Assembly (NCBI GenBank): GCA_039810425.1
Contig: JBDHWW010000001.1
Location: forward strand, 108,652 to 172,651
Origin: Pseudobdellovibrionaceae bacterium
GTDB lineage: Bacteria; Bdellovibrionota; Bdellovibrionia; Bdellovibrionales; Bdellovibrionaceae
Direction: 5' to 3'
Length of the DNA stretch: 64,000 nt
Shown here: piece after piece, positions 28,134-38,203 of the stretch
How the letters are laid out: every line of letters starts with the position of its first letter
Numbering within the stretch: the stretch's first letter is position 1
Position numbers and translations under genes: made by a program
The notes under the pieces: generated by a model
The model's input: only the letters and a program-made list of their open reading frames with translations
Database searches by the model: none
What the model was told of the DNA's origin: nothing

Positions 28134-31100
28134 CTACTTCTTTCGGCTTTCTTCTTTGCCGCTGTGTTCAGCGATGTAACGCTTCAGATATTGGCCTGTG
28201 AGACTTTTCTTTTCAGCCATCACGTCTTGTGGGGTTCCGTGAGTGACAACGTTGCCGCCTTTTTTGCCGGCCTCTGGACCCATATCGATGATGTAATCAG
28301 CTCCGCGGATCACGTCCTGGTTGTGTTCAACCACGATGACGCTGCCGCCAGCTTCAATGAGTTTATTCAAGACCTTCATCAGCATGTCCACTTCGCGGAA
28401 GTGCAGGCCTGTCGTCGGTTCATCGAGGATGTACAGCGTGGCCTTTTGATTTACGTTTGAAAGCTCTTTGGCGATTTTTAGACGCTGCGACTCCCCGCCA
28501 CTGAGGCTATTTGCCGGCTGACCGATCTGCAAGTAATCGAGGCCGACCTCTTTAAGAACGCTCAGTGGTTTACGAATATTCGGATGAGCCACGAAGAAGC
28601 CCATCGCTTCTTGCACGGTCATCGACAGAATCTCGTGAACATTTTTTCCCTTGTACTGTACTTCAAGAATTTCAGGGCGGTATTTCTTTCCGTCGCAGAC
28701 ATCGCAAGGGATAATCACGTTATCCATGAACTGCATGTCGATTTCTTCGTAGCCGGTTCCCTTACAAGCAGGGCAGCGGCCGCCATCGACGTTCAAGCTG
28801 AATGTGCCGGCTGTGTAGCCACGGACTTTCGCTTCTTCAGTCGATGCCATGATATTGCGGATAAGATCAAAAGCTTTTAGGTAAGTAATCGGCGAGCTAC
28901 GTGCAGATTTACCGATCGCAGACTGATCGATCAAAAGAACGTTCTTAATGTTCTCAACACCTTCGACTTTTTTGTATTCTTGAACTGGAAGATATTCAAT
29001 ATCCAAAGCCCTTGCGAGCGCTGGGTACAAAGTCTTCGTGACCAGGGTCGATTTGCCAGAACCGCTGACGCCGGTGATAACCACAAGACGATTCAACGGG
29101 AAAACGACATCGAGGTCTTTCAAGTTATGGCCTTTAGCGCCCTTCAACTCAATTTTAAATTTATAGCTAGAAAGATCCACAGGTCGAGCTGTGCGCAACG
29201 CCTGGAAATCTTTTGAAGGCATCAAGTAAGGCACGGTCACGGACTTGGTGCTGTCGTAGAATTTCTTCGTCGGACCAGAGTAAACGACTTCTCCACCGAG
29301 ATATCCAGATCCAGGACCCATCTCGATAATGTTTTCGCTATTTTTAATCACATCGTGATCATGCTCAACGATGACAAGAGTATTGCCCAGCTCTTTGAGG
29401 TCTTTCAGAATCTCAATCAAGCGGTCATTGTCGCGTGGATGCAAACCAACCGTTGGTTCATCCAGCACGTAAAGAGTTTGCGATAACCCCATGCCCAGCT
29501 GATTCGCCAGGATCAAGCGCTGATATTCACCGCCCGACAGAGTCCGCGTTTCACGATTCATCGTCAGGTAGTGCACGCCGACGCGCACGAGGAAGTCCAA
29601 GCGCGCACGGATTTGTTTCAGAACTTCGCCCGAGACCTCAACCTGCGCCGGAGACAGTTCGAGCTTTTTAAAGAACCCACAAAGGTCTTCAATTGTTTTG
29701 CTGGAAAGGTCTTCGATATTGGTTTTATCGATGAACACATTCAAAGCTTCTTTACGCAGACGGGCTCCGTGACATTCGGGACACAAGAATGGGCTTCGAT
29801 AGCGAGCGATGAACACGCGCACGTGCATTTTGTATTTAATTTGATCAAGGTACTCGAAAAGACCTTTTACGCCAAAGAACTCTCCGTCGCCATTCCAGAT
29901 TTTTTCCTTTTGCGCTTTTGGCAGTTCTTTCCACGGTGTGTGGGGATCGATCTTGGCTTTCTTCGCATAAGCCATCAATTGACGGCGCTCGTGGGCCGCG
30001 CTCGGCATCGTGAAAGGATGAAGCGCGCCCGCCGCCAAACTCAAGTTTGGGTTGGGCACCACTTTCTTTTCATCGACATCCAAGATATTTCCAAAGCCTT
30101 TGCAAGTAGGACATGCGCCAATCGGGCTATTGAAGCTGAACAAGGCCGACGTCGTCGGCGGAGGAGTGTAATTACAAATCGGGCAGGAAGCCTCTTCGCT
30201 GACCTGCATTTTTTCTCCGTCGGTCGTTAAGATCATCGCGCGGCGGGAAATGACGTTGGTATTGTACTTGATGCTAGCTTCGTAAGCGTTCGTCAAAGAA
30301 TCGGCGATACGGCCTTTTTCGTCCTCTTTGAAAGACATACGGTCAATCACGAGGAAGAAGCGGTCTTTCGGCAGGCCCTTCTTAAGGGCTGCCGGTTCGC
30401 TGATCTCGACGATGTCGCCCATTTCCTCTTTCAGGATCGTTGAAGCAGGCTCTGCTAAAGTCGCTTCAGGAGCTTTTTTCTTAGGCGTGGCTTTTGTAAC
30501 TGCTGCTTTTTTGGCTTTGCCTTTTGCGGGCTTGGCTTCAACCTTGTCGCCACCTTTAGGAACATAGATGCGCAAGTAACCGTCTTGCAAAAGCAAAGAG
30601 TGCAGCTTCTTGCCTTCGGCGACACGCCCATCAGCGGTGATTTCCACCAAGATGTAACCGCGTTTGCTATCAAAGAACTTAATAACTTTGTCGGTTGCTT
30701 CAGTAACGCTTTCTTTTTCACAAGGAACCTTGTGAGTCGGGCAGTAAGGCGTCCCGACTTTTTCAAAGAACAAGCGCAAGTAGTCGATCACCTCTGTGGT
30801 CGTACCCACAGTGGAGCGGCTGCTTTTCACAGTATTTTTTTGCTCAATCGAAATAGCCGGAGGAATATTATTGATGCCTTCAATGTCCGGCTTCGGCGCT
30901 TTGTTCAAGAACTGGCGCGCGTAGTTCGACATGCTTTCGATAAAGCGACGTTGCCCCTCGGCAAAGAGAGTTTCAAACGCCAGAGAGCTTTTCCCTGAAC
31001 CCGAAGGGCCACAAACCACCGTGAGTTGCCCCACAGGAATTTTGACCTCAATATTCTTTAGGTTATTTTGTTTAACTCCCCAAAGATGGATTTCCTTCAT
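28134..31100 (-). CDS. uvrA: Excinuclease ABC subunit A
   Basis: NNLKNI, GPSGSGKSSLAF, AEGQRRF.ES, two ABC ATPase halves, zinc fingers, LSGGE, DEPTTGLH. Start 31100 or 31172. Confidence 0.93.
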   Translation of the reverse strand: MKEIHLWGVKQNNLKNIEVKIPVGQLTVVCGPSGSGKSSLAFETLFAEGQRRFIESMSNYARQFLNKAPKPDIEGINNIPPAISIEQKNTVKSSRSTVGTTTEVIDYLRLFFEKVGTPYCPTHKVPCEKESVTEATDKVIKFFDSKRGYILVEITADGRVAEGKKLHSLLLQDGYLRIYVPKGGDKVEAKPAKGKAKKAAVTKATPKKKAPEATLAEPASTILKEEMGDIVEISEPAALKKGLPKDRFFLVIDRMSFKEDEKGRIADSLTNAYEASIKYNTNVISRRAMILTTDGEKMQVSEEASCPICNYTPPPTTSALFSFNSPIGACPTCKGFGNILDVDEKKVVPNPNLSLAAGALHPFTMPSAAHERRQLMAYAKKAKIDPHTPWKELPKAQKEKIWNGDGEFFGVKGLFEYLDQIKYKMHVRVFIARYRSPFLCPECHGARLRKEALNVFIDKTNIEDLSSKTIEDLCGFFKKLELSPAQVEVSGEVLKQIRARLDFLVRVGVHYLTMNRETRTLSGGEYQRLILANQLGMGLSQTLYVLDEPTVGLHPRDNDRLIEILKDLKELGNTLVIVEHDHDVIKNSENIIEMGPGSGYLGGEVVYSGPTKKFYDSTKSVTVPYLMPSKDFQALRTARPVDLSSYKFKIELKGAKGHNLKDLDVVFPLNRLVVITGVSGSGKSTLVTKTLYPALARALDIEYLPVQEYKKVEGVENIKNVLLIDQSAIGKSARSSPITYLKAFDLIRNIMASTEEAKVRGYTAGTFSLNVDGGRCPACKGTGYEEIDMQFMDNVIIPCDVCDGKKYRPEILEVQYKGKNVHEILSMTVQEAMGFFVAHPNIRKPLSVLKEVGLDYLQIGQPANSLSGGESQRLKIAKELSNVNQKATLYILDEPTTGLHFREVDMLMKVLNKLIEAGGSVIVVEHNQDVIRGADYIIDMGPEAGKKGGNVVTHGTPQDVMAEKKSLTGQYLKRYIAEHSGKEESRKK

Positions 31101-31329
31101 ACGACTGGTTCCCGTGATTTTTAGAGGTTGAATCAACTGATCGAGAGTACTCTTGCCCTGGCCAAATGTCATCTAAGCAGGGGGTGGTTTTGATGGGGGA
31201 CGTCTTAGATCGTAGAACTGCGAAAACCACGCCGAGTCTGAGAATAAGTAAGTATATTCATATGTTTAGGATATGGGCGATGTGTCCAGGTATCACACGA
31301 GACGAGCGTCTAACGGAGTTTCGGGAATT

Positions 31330-31354
31330 AAAAAGCCGCCTTGGCGGCGGCTTT
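31330..31354 (-). terminator. Intrinsic terminator after PBP1A
   Basis: aaaagccgcc-ttggc-ggcggcttt. Confidence 0.8.
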
Positions 31355-31359
31355 GAAGC

Positions 31360-34041
31360 TTAGTTAGCCAAGTCGTCTTTCAGAAAGTCCGTGGCCTCTT
31401 CGGATTTGTTACCCGCCGCCGTCGGCTCCGTGCCCTCAATGAAGGCCTGCCTTAAAACGCTCTTCGTGGTGGCGGTTGCGAGCTTGCCTGAATCGCTATC
31501 GATATTCGCAAACACGATGCCATCCGGGACCGGGAAGGTTGTTTGTGGCAAACCTTCGTGCGCGGTCTTCATGTACTCAACCCAGATTGGCAAAGCGGCC
31601 CGACCGCCGACCTCACCTTTACCGATACTGCGTTCTTTATCGAAGCCAACCCACACACCCGTTACGATTTGTGGAGTATAGCCGATGAACCAAGCATCGT
31701 AGTAACCATTCGTCGTTCCAGTTTTACCAGCAACTTCGCGCCCGATGGAACGAGCGCGCCCACCGGTACCGTTTTTATCTTCAACAACGCCTTTCAACAG
31801 AGTGGTCATGACGTAAGCGGTTTGAGGTTTGATCAATTGATCTTTGTCTTCGAAGAAAAAGTTGTAGTCCGCGCGCTTTTTCTTGTCTTCAATCAAAGCC
31901 TCCGGGGTCATGGTCTTCATCTTTTCCGCCAAAGCGGTACGACGGTCGTCGAACTGTTTGTCAAGGTCTGTGATTTCTTTGTTGAAGCGAACATCGAGGC
32001 TGACTTCGTCGAGGATTTTTTGGCCCTCTTGGTTTAGAACCTGACGAACAATCACTGGGCGGAGACGCTTGCCCAAGCGACCAAACTGACCGAAGGCTTT
32101 TGTCATTTCGTACAAAGTCACGCTGCTCGTGCCGAGCACCAAGGTAAAGTCAGGATTGAGTGGGCTAAAAATGCCCAAACGTTTTGCATAGTCTGACGCC
32201 CAAGGAACGCCGATATCTTCAACGATTTTAACCGAAGGAATATTCAAAGATTTCACGAGCGCATTACGGAAAATAATATCGCCGCCGAAGCTCTTCGAGT
32301 GATTTGATGGTTTCCAAACCTTTGGATCTTCTTGGCCTTCGCTATCGTCTTTATTCGGATCAGATTCTTCAAACACGATCGGAGAATCCATGATCGGGGT
32401 CGCCGGGGTGTAGCCTTTATCGAGAGCCGAAGCATAAACGATGGTTTTAAAAGAAGAGCCGGTTTGACGTGCTGCTTGAAGTGCGCGGTTGAATTCGTTA
32501 CGTGCGTAACTGTACCCACCCACCATTGCAAGAACGTCTTGAGTTTGTTCATCGAAAGAAATCAAAGAACCTTCTACGATCGGCTCTTGATCCAGATCCA
32601 TAGCAAGGAATTTACCAAACTCCGGAAGGCTGCCGGGTACGATCGGCTTTTTGCTGTTCTTACCTGGATTGCTCAAGCGTGAAGAGGCAAATACTTCGCC
32701 TTTGATTTGTACAAGGATTATGTCGCCGGCGCTCACGGCCTCAGATGGTTTCTTAATCGTATCAATGTCCCAGCGTTTGTCTGTGTTAGGCTTACGGGCC
32801 CAGGTCATATCTTCGAAATCAATCAAACCACGGGCATCACCGACACGAACATAGACGAGGCCGTTGGCATCATCGACCTTTTCCACCAGGCCTTCCACGG
32901 CCTGGCCGATTTTCAAATAAGACGGCAAGTTCGGGGACGATTTTTTGCCGTCATTTTCAGGAGTGATGTCATCAAACTTTCCGTCCGGCATAATGATACG
33001 CACGGGGGTGGATTCTGCGATGAGTTTCTTGCGGCCATCAACTAAGAACTTTTCGATCTCTTCTTTAGAGTCCAACTGTCTGAGGGCTCCGCGGTAACCC
33101 TGGCGCTTATCAAGTTCTTTCAGGCCGTTAACGACAGACTCTTGAGCGGCCAATTGCTTGTCGAGTTCAATGCTCGTGTAGATGCGTAGGCCTTTATCCA
33201 AAACTTGCTCTTCACCTAACTGGGCGACAAGCAACTGACGAACCGTTTCCACCACGGAGGGCGCGAACTGAACATAGTTTTCACGGACGTAGACTTTTAC
33301 GGGTTGTTTGACGGCGGCCTCCGCCTCTTCTTTGGGAACAAACCCCACCTCCGCCATGCGGTGAAGGACGTAAGTTTGACGTTCTTTCGCGCGGAGCGGA
33401 TTTGTCACCGGAGAATAACGAGCCGGAGCCTGGGGAAGACCGGCAAGGATTGCCATTTCGGCAAGAGTGAGTTGATCAACAGATTTGTGGTAGTAAGTTT
33501 GTGCGGCCACTTCCACACCGTACGCACCTTGACCAAAATAGATCTGATTCAGGTAGAGATAAAGGATGTCTTCTTTTTTGAGATTCTCTTCCATTTGCTG
33601 AGCAAGCATTGCTTCGCGGATTTTTCTTAAGAAAGTTTTTTCGCGGTCACGAAGGAGCAAAGTCTTGGCAACTTGCTGAGTGATGGTCGATCCGCCCTGA
33701 ACAGTGCGGCCAGCCCGGAGGTTGGCAAGAGTGGCACGCAAGATCGCTTGGTAGTTAATCCCGCCGTGCTGGAAGAACTGATCATCTTCCGCCGCCAGGA
33801 ACGCTTGAACCAAGTGTTTCGGCATTTTTTCGTAAGGAACGACGATACGGCGTTCTTCGCGGGAAAGTTCGCCGATTTTTTTATTCTTACGATCGTAAAC
33901 CTCGGAAACCAACAGTGGTTGGTAATCTTTGACGGTGATGAGTTGCGGAAGGCCCGACTTCACATGATGGATCAAAGCGAAGACGCCTGCGATACCGACA
34001 ATTACCAGAACGACACCGGCAATAATTAACTTTTTCAACAC
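31360..34041 (-). CDS. mrcA: Class A penicillin-binding protein 1A
   Basis: Transglycosylase EDDQF, GGSTITQQ, RKIRE, LYLNQIY; transpeptidase SSFK, SLN, KTG. GAAGGAG RBS before GTG 34041. Confidence 0.92.
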   Translation of the reverse strand: MLKKLIIAGVVLVIVGIAGVFALIHHVKSGLPQLITVKDYQPLLVSEVYDRKNKKIGELSREERRIVVPYEKMPKHLVQAFLAAEDDQFFQHGGINYQAILRATLANLRAGRTVQGGSTITQQVAKTLLLRDREKTFLRKIREAMLAQQMEENLKKEDILYLYLNQIYFGQGAYGVEVAAQTYYHKSVDQLTLAEMAILAGLPQAPARYSPVTNPLRAKERQTYVLHRMAEVGFVPKEEAEAAVKQPVKVYVRENYVQFAPSVVETVRQLLVAQLGEEQVLDKGLRIYTSIELDKQLAAQESVVNGLKELDKRQGYRGALRQLDSKEEIEKFLVDGRKKLIAESTPVRIIMPDGKFDDITPENDGKKSSPNLPSYLKIGQAVEGLVEKVDDANGLVYVRVGDARGLIDFEDMTWARKPNTDKRWDIDTIKKPSEAVSAGDIILVQIKGEVFASSRLSNPGKNSKKPIVPGSLPEFGKFLAMDLDQEPIVEGSLISFDEQTQDVLAMVGGYSYARNEFNRALQAARQTGSSFKTIVYASALDKGYTPATPIMDSPIVFEESDPNKDDSEGQEDPKVWKPSNHSKSFGGDIIFRNALVKSLNIPSVKIVEDIGVPWASDYAKRLGIFSPLNPDFTLVLGTSSVTLYEMTKAFGQFGRLGKRLRPVIVRQVLNQEGQKILDEVSLDVRFNKEITDLDKQFDDRRTALAEKMKTMTPEALIEDKKKRADYNFFFEDKDQLIKPQTAYVMTTLLKGVVEDKNGTGGRARSIGREVAGKTGTTNGYYDAWFIGYTPQIVTGVWVGFDKERSIGKGEVGGRAALPIWVEYMKTAHEGLPQTTFPVPDGIVFANIDSDSGKLATATTKSVLRQAFIEGTEPTAAGNKSEEATDFLKDDLAN

Positions 34042-34214
34042 GGAGATGGCTCCTTCTAACAGATTAAAATCAGCCATCATTTTAGCAGCGCAAGTGGGGA
34101 GGGTCTAGCAATGATAAAAAAAGCCCCCCATGAAGTCGAGCTAGGCTCTGGACCAGGGAGACTTTTAAATAACGGAAAATGGGACGTGAGTCAGGAAAGA
34201 AGCGCTAAATAAAC

Positions 34215-35666
34215 TCAGTTGGCCACTTTGCTTTTTTTCGTCGAACCGCCGCCTGAGCGTTCTTCTTTACCTGCGGCCGCCTTCGCAGTGCCGCTGTCAC
34301 TAAAGAGAGTGTCGTAGTACTCACAGCTTGCCTTATTGGCGGCATCTCGCGCCGCTTTGTAGTCATCAGCAGCGATGGAGACTTCACGGGCGCTAGTCGT
34401 ACTTGCGCGCCCACCGGCTGGAGCCGCACCCAAAGCCACTATTTGATTCGAGAGCTGCTTATATCTCGTCTGCAGTTCGTTAGAGTCGTCGGTGACCGCC
34501 TTGGCTTTCTGTTGGGTCGTTTGCAGCAAACTTTGCATTTCAGAACTGGCTCGTTGAATCTTCTGTTGAAGCGCTTGTTGCTGTTGTGTCAAAGTTGTTT
34601 GTTCATCTTGTTGGGCCTGTTGCTCGAGCGTCGACATTTGGCTCAATTGTGTTTTCAAATTATCAATTTCAGATTGGGCATAGCCGATATCTTTATCGTT
34701 CACATAAATTTTAGCATCGGATTTGCGGATCAAAGACATGCGGGCATTGTAGAACTTGGCCATGCATTGCTTGAAAGACATATTCAGGTAATTACTGTTG
34801 CTGCCGCCTGCTTGTATCAAGGACTTTGTACTGCTTTTTTGACTGGTCACTTTCAGCGCTTCTTTGCGTTTTAAGTAAGCTTCTCGGACGGTGTCCATAC
34901 AAGTGCTATTAGCGACATCCTCGGTCATTTGACCAAGAGAAGAGGCTTTATCAGCATAGATATCGTCTTTTTCCTGCTGCTTTTGCAGAATAGTACTTTC
35001 AAGCTTGCGCATATTTTGGGCCATTTCCGCGGCTTGCTTGGCCTGTTCAGAGGCGCGGTCACGCTGGGCCTTTTTAGTGTCAGCTTCCTTTTCTTGGTAC
35101 TCTTTTTGAGCATCTGCGATGTCCTCTTGAATCTTTTTAAGATCTTTGGTGAAATCCGCATTGATCTCAGCTAATTCCTTTTTATTGTCCTTCAACTTCT
35201 TATTAACGTCGTCGAGCTTATCTTGAATCCGGTCTTTTTCTTCATAGAAACCTTGTCCAGAGTACAGAGTGCACTTTGAGGCTCCCCCTGTATCCGCTTT
35301 GTTTAACGCTGCCAAGAGGCTTTCGGACATATTAAATTCTTCTTCGCCGGCAGTATCGTCACAGGCCGCTTGTTTTTTCTTGCAGCTGTCGGTTCCTTGG
35401 CCAGAAGACTTGCATGCTTTAGTAAACTCATCTTTTTTATCATCCGCACGGCGTTTGAGGTAATCACAGTCGTTGGCAGAGCATTTCTCGCATTTCTCTA
35501 TGTCTGCCGCATTTTTTGTTTTGGAGGAGTCGTTGCAAAAGGTCGTCATTGCTGTTGAACACCCCCCAGCTTGTGCCGACTGAAAGCCCGTGAAAACAAC
35601 CACAAATGTAAGAATGGAGAATAATTGGGCAAATGAATGGAGTCTAAACGCTTTATTCCAATCCAT
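34215..35666 (-). CDS. Secreted Cys-rich/coiled-coil hypothetical protein
   Basis: GGGAGG RBS, signal peptide ending AQA, Cys-rich N-terminus, long Q/E/K heptad region. Confidence 0.8.
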   Translation of the reverse strand: MDWNKAFRLHSFAQLFSILTFVVVFTGFQSAQAGGCSTAMTTFCNDSSKTKNAADIEKCEKCSANDCDYLKRRADDKKDEFTKACKSSGQGTDSCKKKQAACDDTAGEEEFNMSESLLAALNKADTGGASKCTLYSGQGFYEEKDRIQDKLDDVNKKLKDNKKELAEINADFTKDLKKIQEDIADAQKEYQEKEADTKKAQRDRASEQAKQAAEMAQNMRKLESTILQKQQEKDDIYADKASSLGQMTEDVANSTCMDTVREAYLKRKEALKVTSQKSSTKSLIQAGGSNSNYLNMSFKQCMAKFYNARMSLIRKSDAKIYVNDKDIGYAQSEIDNLKTQLSQMSTLEQQAQQDEQTTLTQQQQALQQKIQRASSEMQSLLQTTQQKAKAVTDDSNELQTRYKQLSNQIVALGAAPAGGRASTTSAREVSIAADDYKAARDAANKASCEYYDTLFSDSGTAKAAAGKEERSGGGSTKKSKVAN

Positions 35667-35746
35667 AGGAGTCCTCCCGGATAAGAGTATCAAAGTGCAA
35701 AATTGATTCCCCTATTATGGAGGTAGATTTTCCGAGAGCAAAGGGC

Positions 35747-35763
35747 CGTATCAGTATGATACG
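35747..35763. promoter_or_regulatory. Palindrome similar to the 19088 operator
   Basis: CGTATCA-gta-TGATACG upstream of the secreted coiled-coil gene. Confidence 0.45.
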
Positions 35764-35791
35764 ACCTTTGTCGGGCTAGATTTGCTCCCGC

Positions 35792-36220
35792 CTATTCCAC
35801 AGTGCTTCCGCAGTGGGAACATTTGGTCGCCTTGAGTGGAATCGTCGAAAGGCAGTACTTGCACTCTTTTGTTGCAGCCGGTGCGGCCGCAGGTTTTTGA
35901 ACCTTAGAGGCCATCTTTACGATCAAGAAAACAGCGAAGCCCAAAATAATAAAGTCGATCACGCTATTAATGAAGACGCCATAATTAAGGGTCGGAGCCG
36001 CCATCTTTTTTGCTTCAGCTAACGTCTCGTAATGCTCGCCGTTCAATGAAATAAACAAATTACTGAAATCGACCTTGCCCATACCCAGGCTTACGACTGG
36101 CATCAAGACATCGGCGACAAAAGAAGAGACAATTTTACCGAAGGCTGCCCCGATGATGATACCGACCGCCAAATCAAGAACGTTTCCCTTGCTGATGAAA
36201 GCCTTAAATTCACTCCACAT
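35792..36220 (-). CDS. mscL: Large-conductance mechanosensitive channel with C-terminal zinc-ribbon-like tail
   Basis: EFKAFISKGNVLDLAVGIIIGAAFGKIVSS, NYGVFINSVIDF; tail CKYC...CSHC. Confidence 0.95.
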   Translation of the reverse strand: MWSEFKAFISKGNVLDLAVGIIIGAAFGKIVSSFVADVLMPVVSLGMGKVDFSNLFISLNGEHYETLAEAKKMAAPTLNYGVFINSVIDFIILGFAVFLIVKMASKVQKPAAAPAATKECKYCLSTIPLKATKCSHCGSTVE

Positions 36221-36272
36221 TTTTAAACCTCCCTTTTGATTTCAGTAGGAATCTTATGCTAGACTTCCACAT

Positions 36273-36527
36273 ATGCAAAAAGGTTTTAATTCAGACATAA
36301 CGGTCCGCGGCCAAAAGTTTCATGTGCAAACGGAGGACTGGGGTGCCCGTAATCCATTTTTGGTCAGTAGAATTTTCTGTAATGGTGCTGTCATTAAAAC
36401 TGTAAAGACTCCTTACGAAATCGCACTGAAAGCGCAGTCGATCCGTGAAGAGGACGCCATTAAAACAGCGCTCAAACGCCAGCATTCCGATATCTTGGAT
36501 GTCTTGCTCGCCGGTAAAATGCCATAA
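36273..36527 (+). CDS. Small hypothetical protein
   Basis: 84-aa ORF (GFNSDITVRGQKFHVQTEDWG) upstream of ftsE. Confidence 0.7.
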   Translation: MQKGFNSDITVRGQKFHVQTEDWGARNPFLVSRIFCNGAVIKTVKTPYEIALKAQSIREEDAIKTALKRQHSDILDVLLAGKMP

Positions 36528-36621
36528 GGTTAGCTTCTAAAAAACTTTTCTGGCTGGCCTCTTGTCGAGACTGGACCTGAGTATTCTAGGAAACAGCTCC
36601 TTCATTCCCTAGAATAAGAGG

Positions 36622-37281
36622 ATGATTGAATTTTCCCACGTTTACAAAACATATCCGGGCCCGATCCATGCACTTAAAAACATAGATCTGCAAATTGGCA
36701 AAGGGGAGTTTGTCTTCCTGACGGGGCCCAGCGGTGCCGGCAAAACCTCACTGTTTAAAATGATCTCAGCCTTCGATACGGCGACTTCTGGATTGGTGGC
36801 AGTGTCGGGATGCAATATCAGCCGATTGAGCGAAACAAAAGTGGCAGAGTACCGCCGTCGCATTGGTGTTGTATTTCAGGATTTCCGGTTGCTCAAAGAC
36901 CGTACAATTTTTGAAAACGTCGCTTTGCCGTTACAAATTCGTGGTGATCGCTCAGCCGTGATTCAAAAACGTGTCCAAGAAGTTCTGGAGCAAGTGGGTT
37001 TAACTCATAAGTATGATCAATTCCCGGATTTCATTTCAGGTGGTGAGCAACAACGGACGGCGATTGCCCGTGCGATTGTTCATCAGCCCGGGGTCTTGAT
37101 CGCGGACGAACCGACGGGAAACTTGGATCCCGCACTCAGCGAAGAAATCATGGACCTTTTAGAGCGGGTTTGCGCCCAAGGAACGACTGTGTTTGTCGCG
37201 ACCCATGATCACGAGATGGTGAAACGCCGAAACAAACGCGTGATCCAGTTGAAAGACGGCCTTATTGTGGGAGATCAATAA
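36622..37281 (+). CDS. ftsE: Cell division ATP-binding protein
   Basis: GEFVFLTGPSGAGKT, RRRIGVVFQDFRLL, ADEPTGNLD, ATHD; upstream of ftsX. Confidence 0.93.
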   Translation: MIEFSHVYKTYPGPIHALKNIDLQIGKGEFVFLTGPSGAGKTSLFKMISAFDTATSGLVAVSGCNISRLSETKVAEYRRRIGVVFQDFRLLKDRTIFENVALPLQIRGDRSAVIQKRVQEVLEQVGLTHKYDQFPDFISGGEQQRTAIARAIVHQPGVLIADEPTGNLDPALSEEIMDLLERVCAQGTTVFVATHDHEMVKRRNKRVIQLKDGLIVGDQ

Positions 37282-37282
37282 A

Positions 37283-38203
37283 ATGGTTCGCACACTATTC
37301 CAACAGCGCTTCGGCAGCCTTAAACGCAATTGGACTTTGCAGTTTTCAACGCTCATCGTGGTGACGGCTTGTTACATCGTCGTCTGCGGTTCGTTCCTGC
37401 TATCGCAGAACTTGCAAAAGATTCTGACGGTGTGGGGCGAAGAGCTTCAGATGACCGTTTATCTTTCAGAAAACACCGAGTCTTCGGACGCCGAAGCCTT
37501 GCAAAAAAAAATCGAATCCAGGCCTGGCGTTGGCAAAGTAAAGTATGTCAGCAAGGATCGTGCACTAGACGATTTCCGCTCTCAGATGGCGAGTTATGCT
37601 CCGGACATTGTGAATGAAAAAGATCTTCTCAGCCTGATCCCAGCGAGTTTTCAAGTGTCCCTGAGTGAGTCTTTAAAGGCCGTGGATCATGTTAAAATTC
37701 TAGACGGCCTGGCCGGGGAGCTGAAAGCCGAGAAATCCGTTGCTGAAGTTAGCTATGGTCAAGAGTGGGTGCAGAAATACGGTCAGTTTCTATATTATTT
37801 TGAAAAAGCCTGCCAAGCCTTGGGGATAATCATTTTCTGTGCGGCACTGTTTGTTCTGTCAAACGTGATTCGCGCGTCGGTACAGTCTCGCCGCCAGGAA
37901 ATCGAAGTTCTTGAACTGATCGGTGCGACACCGGCTATGATTCGCCGCCCTTTTATGGTTGAAGGCGCTTTGATTGGCTTTGTTTCGTCTGTGATGGCCG
38001 TTGGAGCTTGTTATTTCTCTTACACAAATGTTCAGCGTTTCTTTGAGAATGAACTTAAGTTTTTACAACTTTCACAGCATTTTCAATTCCTAGGAACTGG
38101 TTTGGTGATTGCATTCTGCCTGGCGGGAACTTTACTGGGCGCTCTGGGTTCTTACATATGTGTTCGTCAGATCAATGATGGCTGGGCGGCCAGCCGCTTA
38201 TGA
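37283..38203 (+). CDS. ftsX: Cell division permease
   Basis: TM1, periplasmic domain, NVIRASVQSRRQEIEVLELIGAT...IRRPFMVEG. Confidence 0.9.
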   Translation: MVRTLFQQRFGSLKRNWTLQFSTLIVVTACYIVVCGSFLLSQNLQKILTVWGEELQMTVYLSENTESSDAEALQKKIESRPGVGKVKYVSKDRALDDFRSQMASYAPDIVNEKDLLSLIPASFQVSLSESLKAVDHVKILDGLAGELKAEKSVAEVSYGQEWVQKYGQFLYYFEKACQALGIIIFCAALFVLSNVIRASVQSRRQEIEVLELIGATPAMIRRPFMVEGALIGFVSSVMAVGACYFSYTNVQRFFENELKFLQLSQHFQFLGTGLVIAFCLAGTLLGALGSYICVRQINDGWAASRL

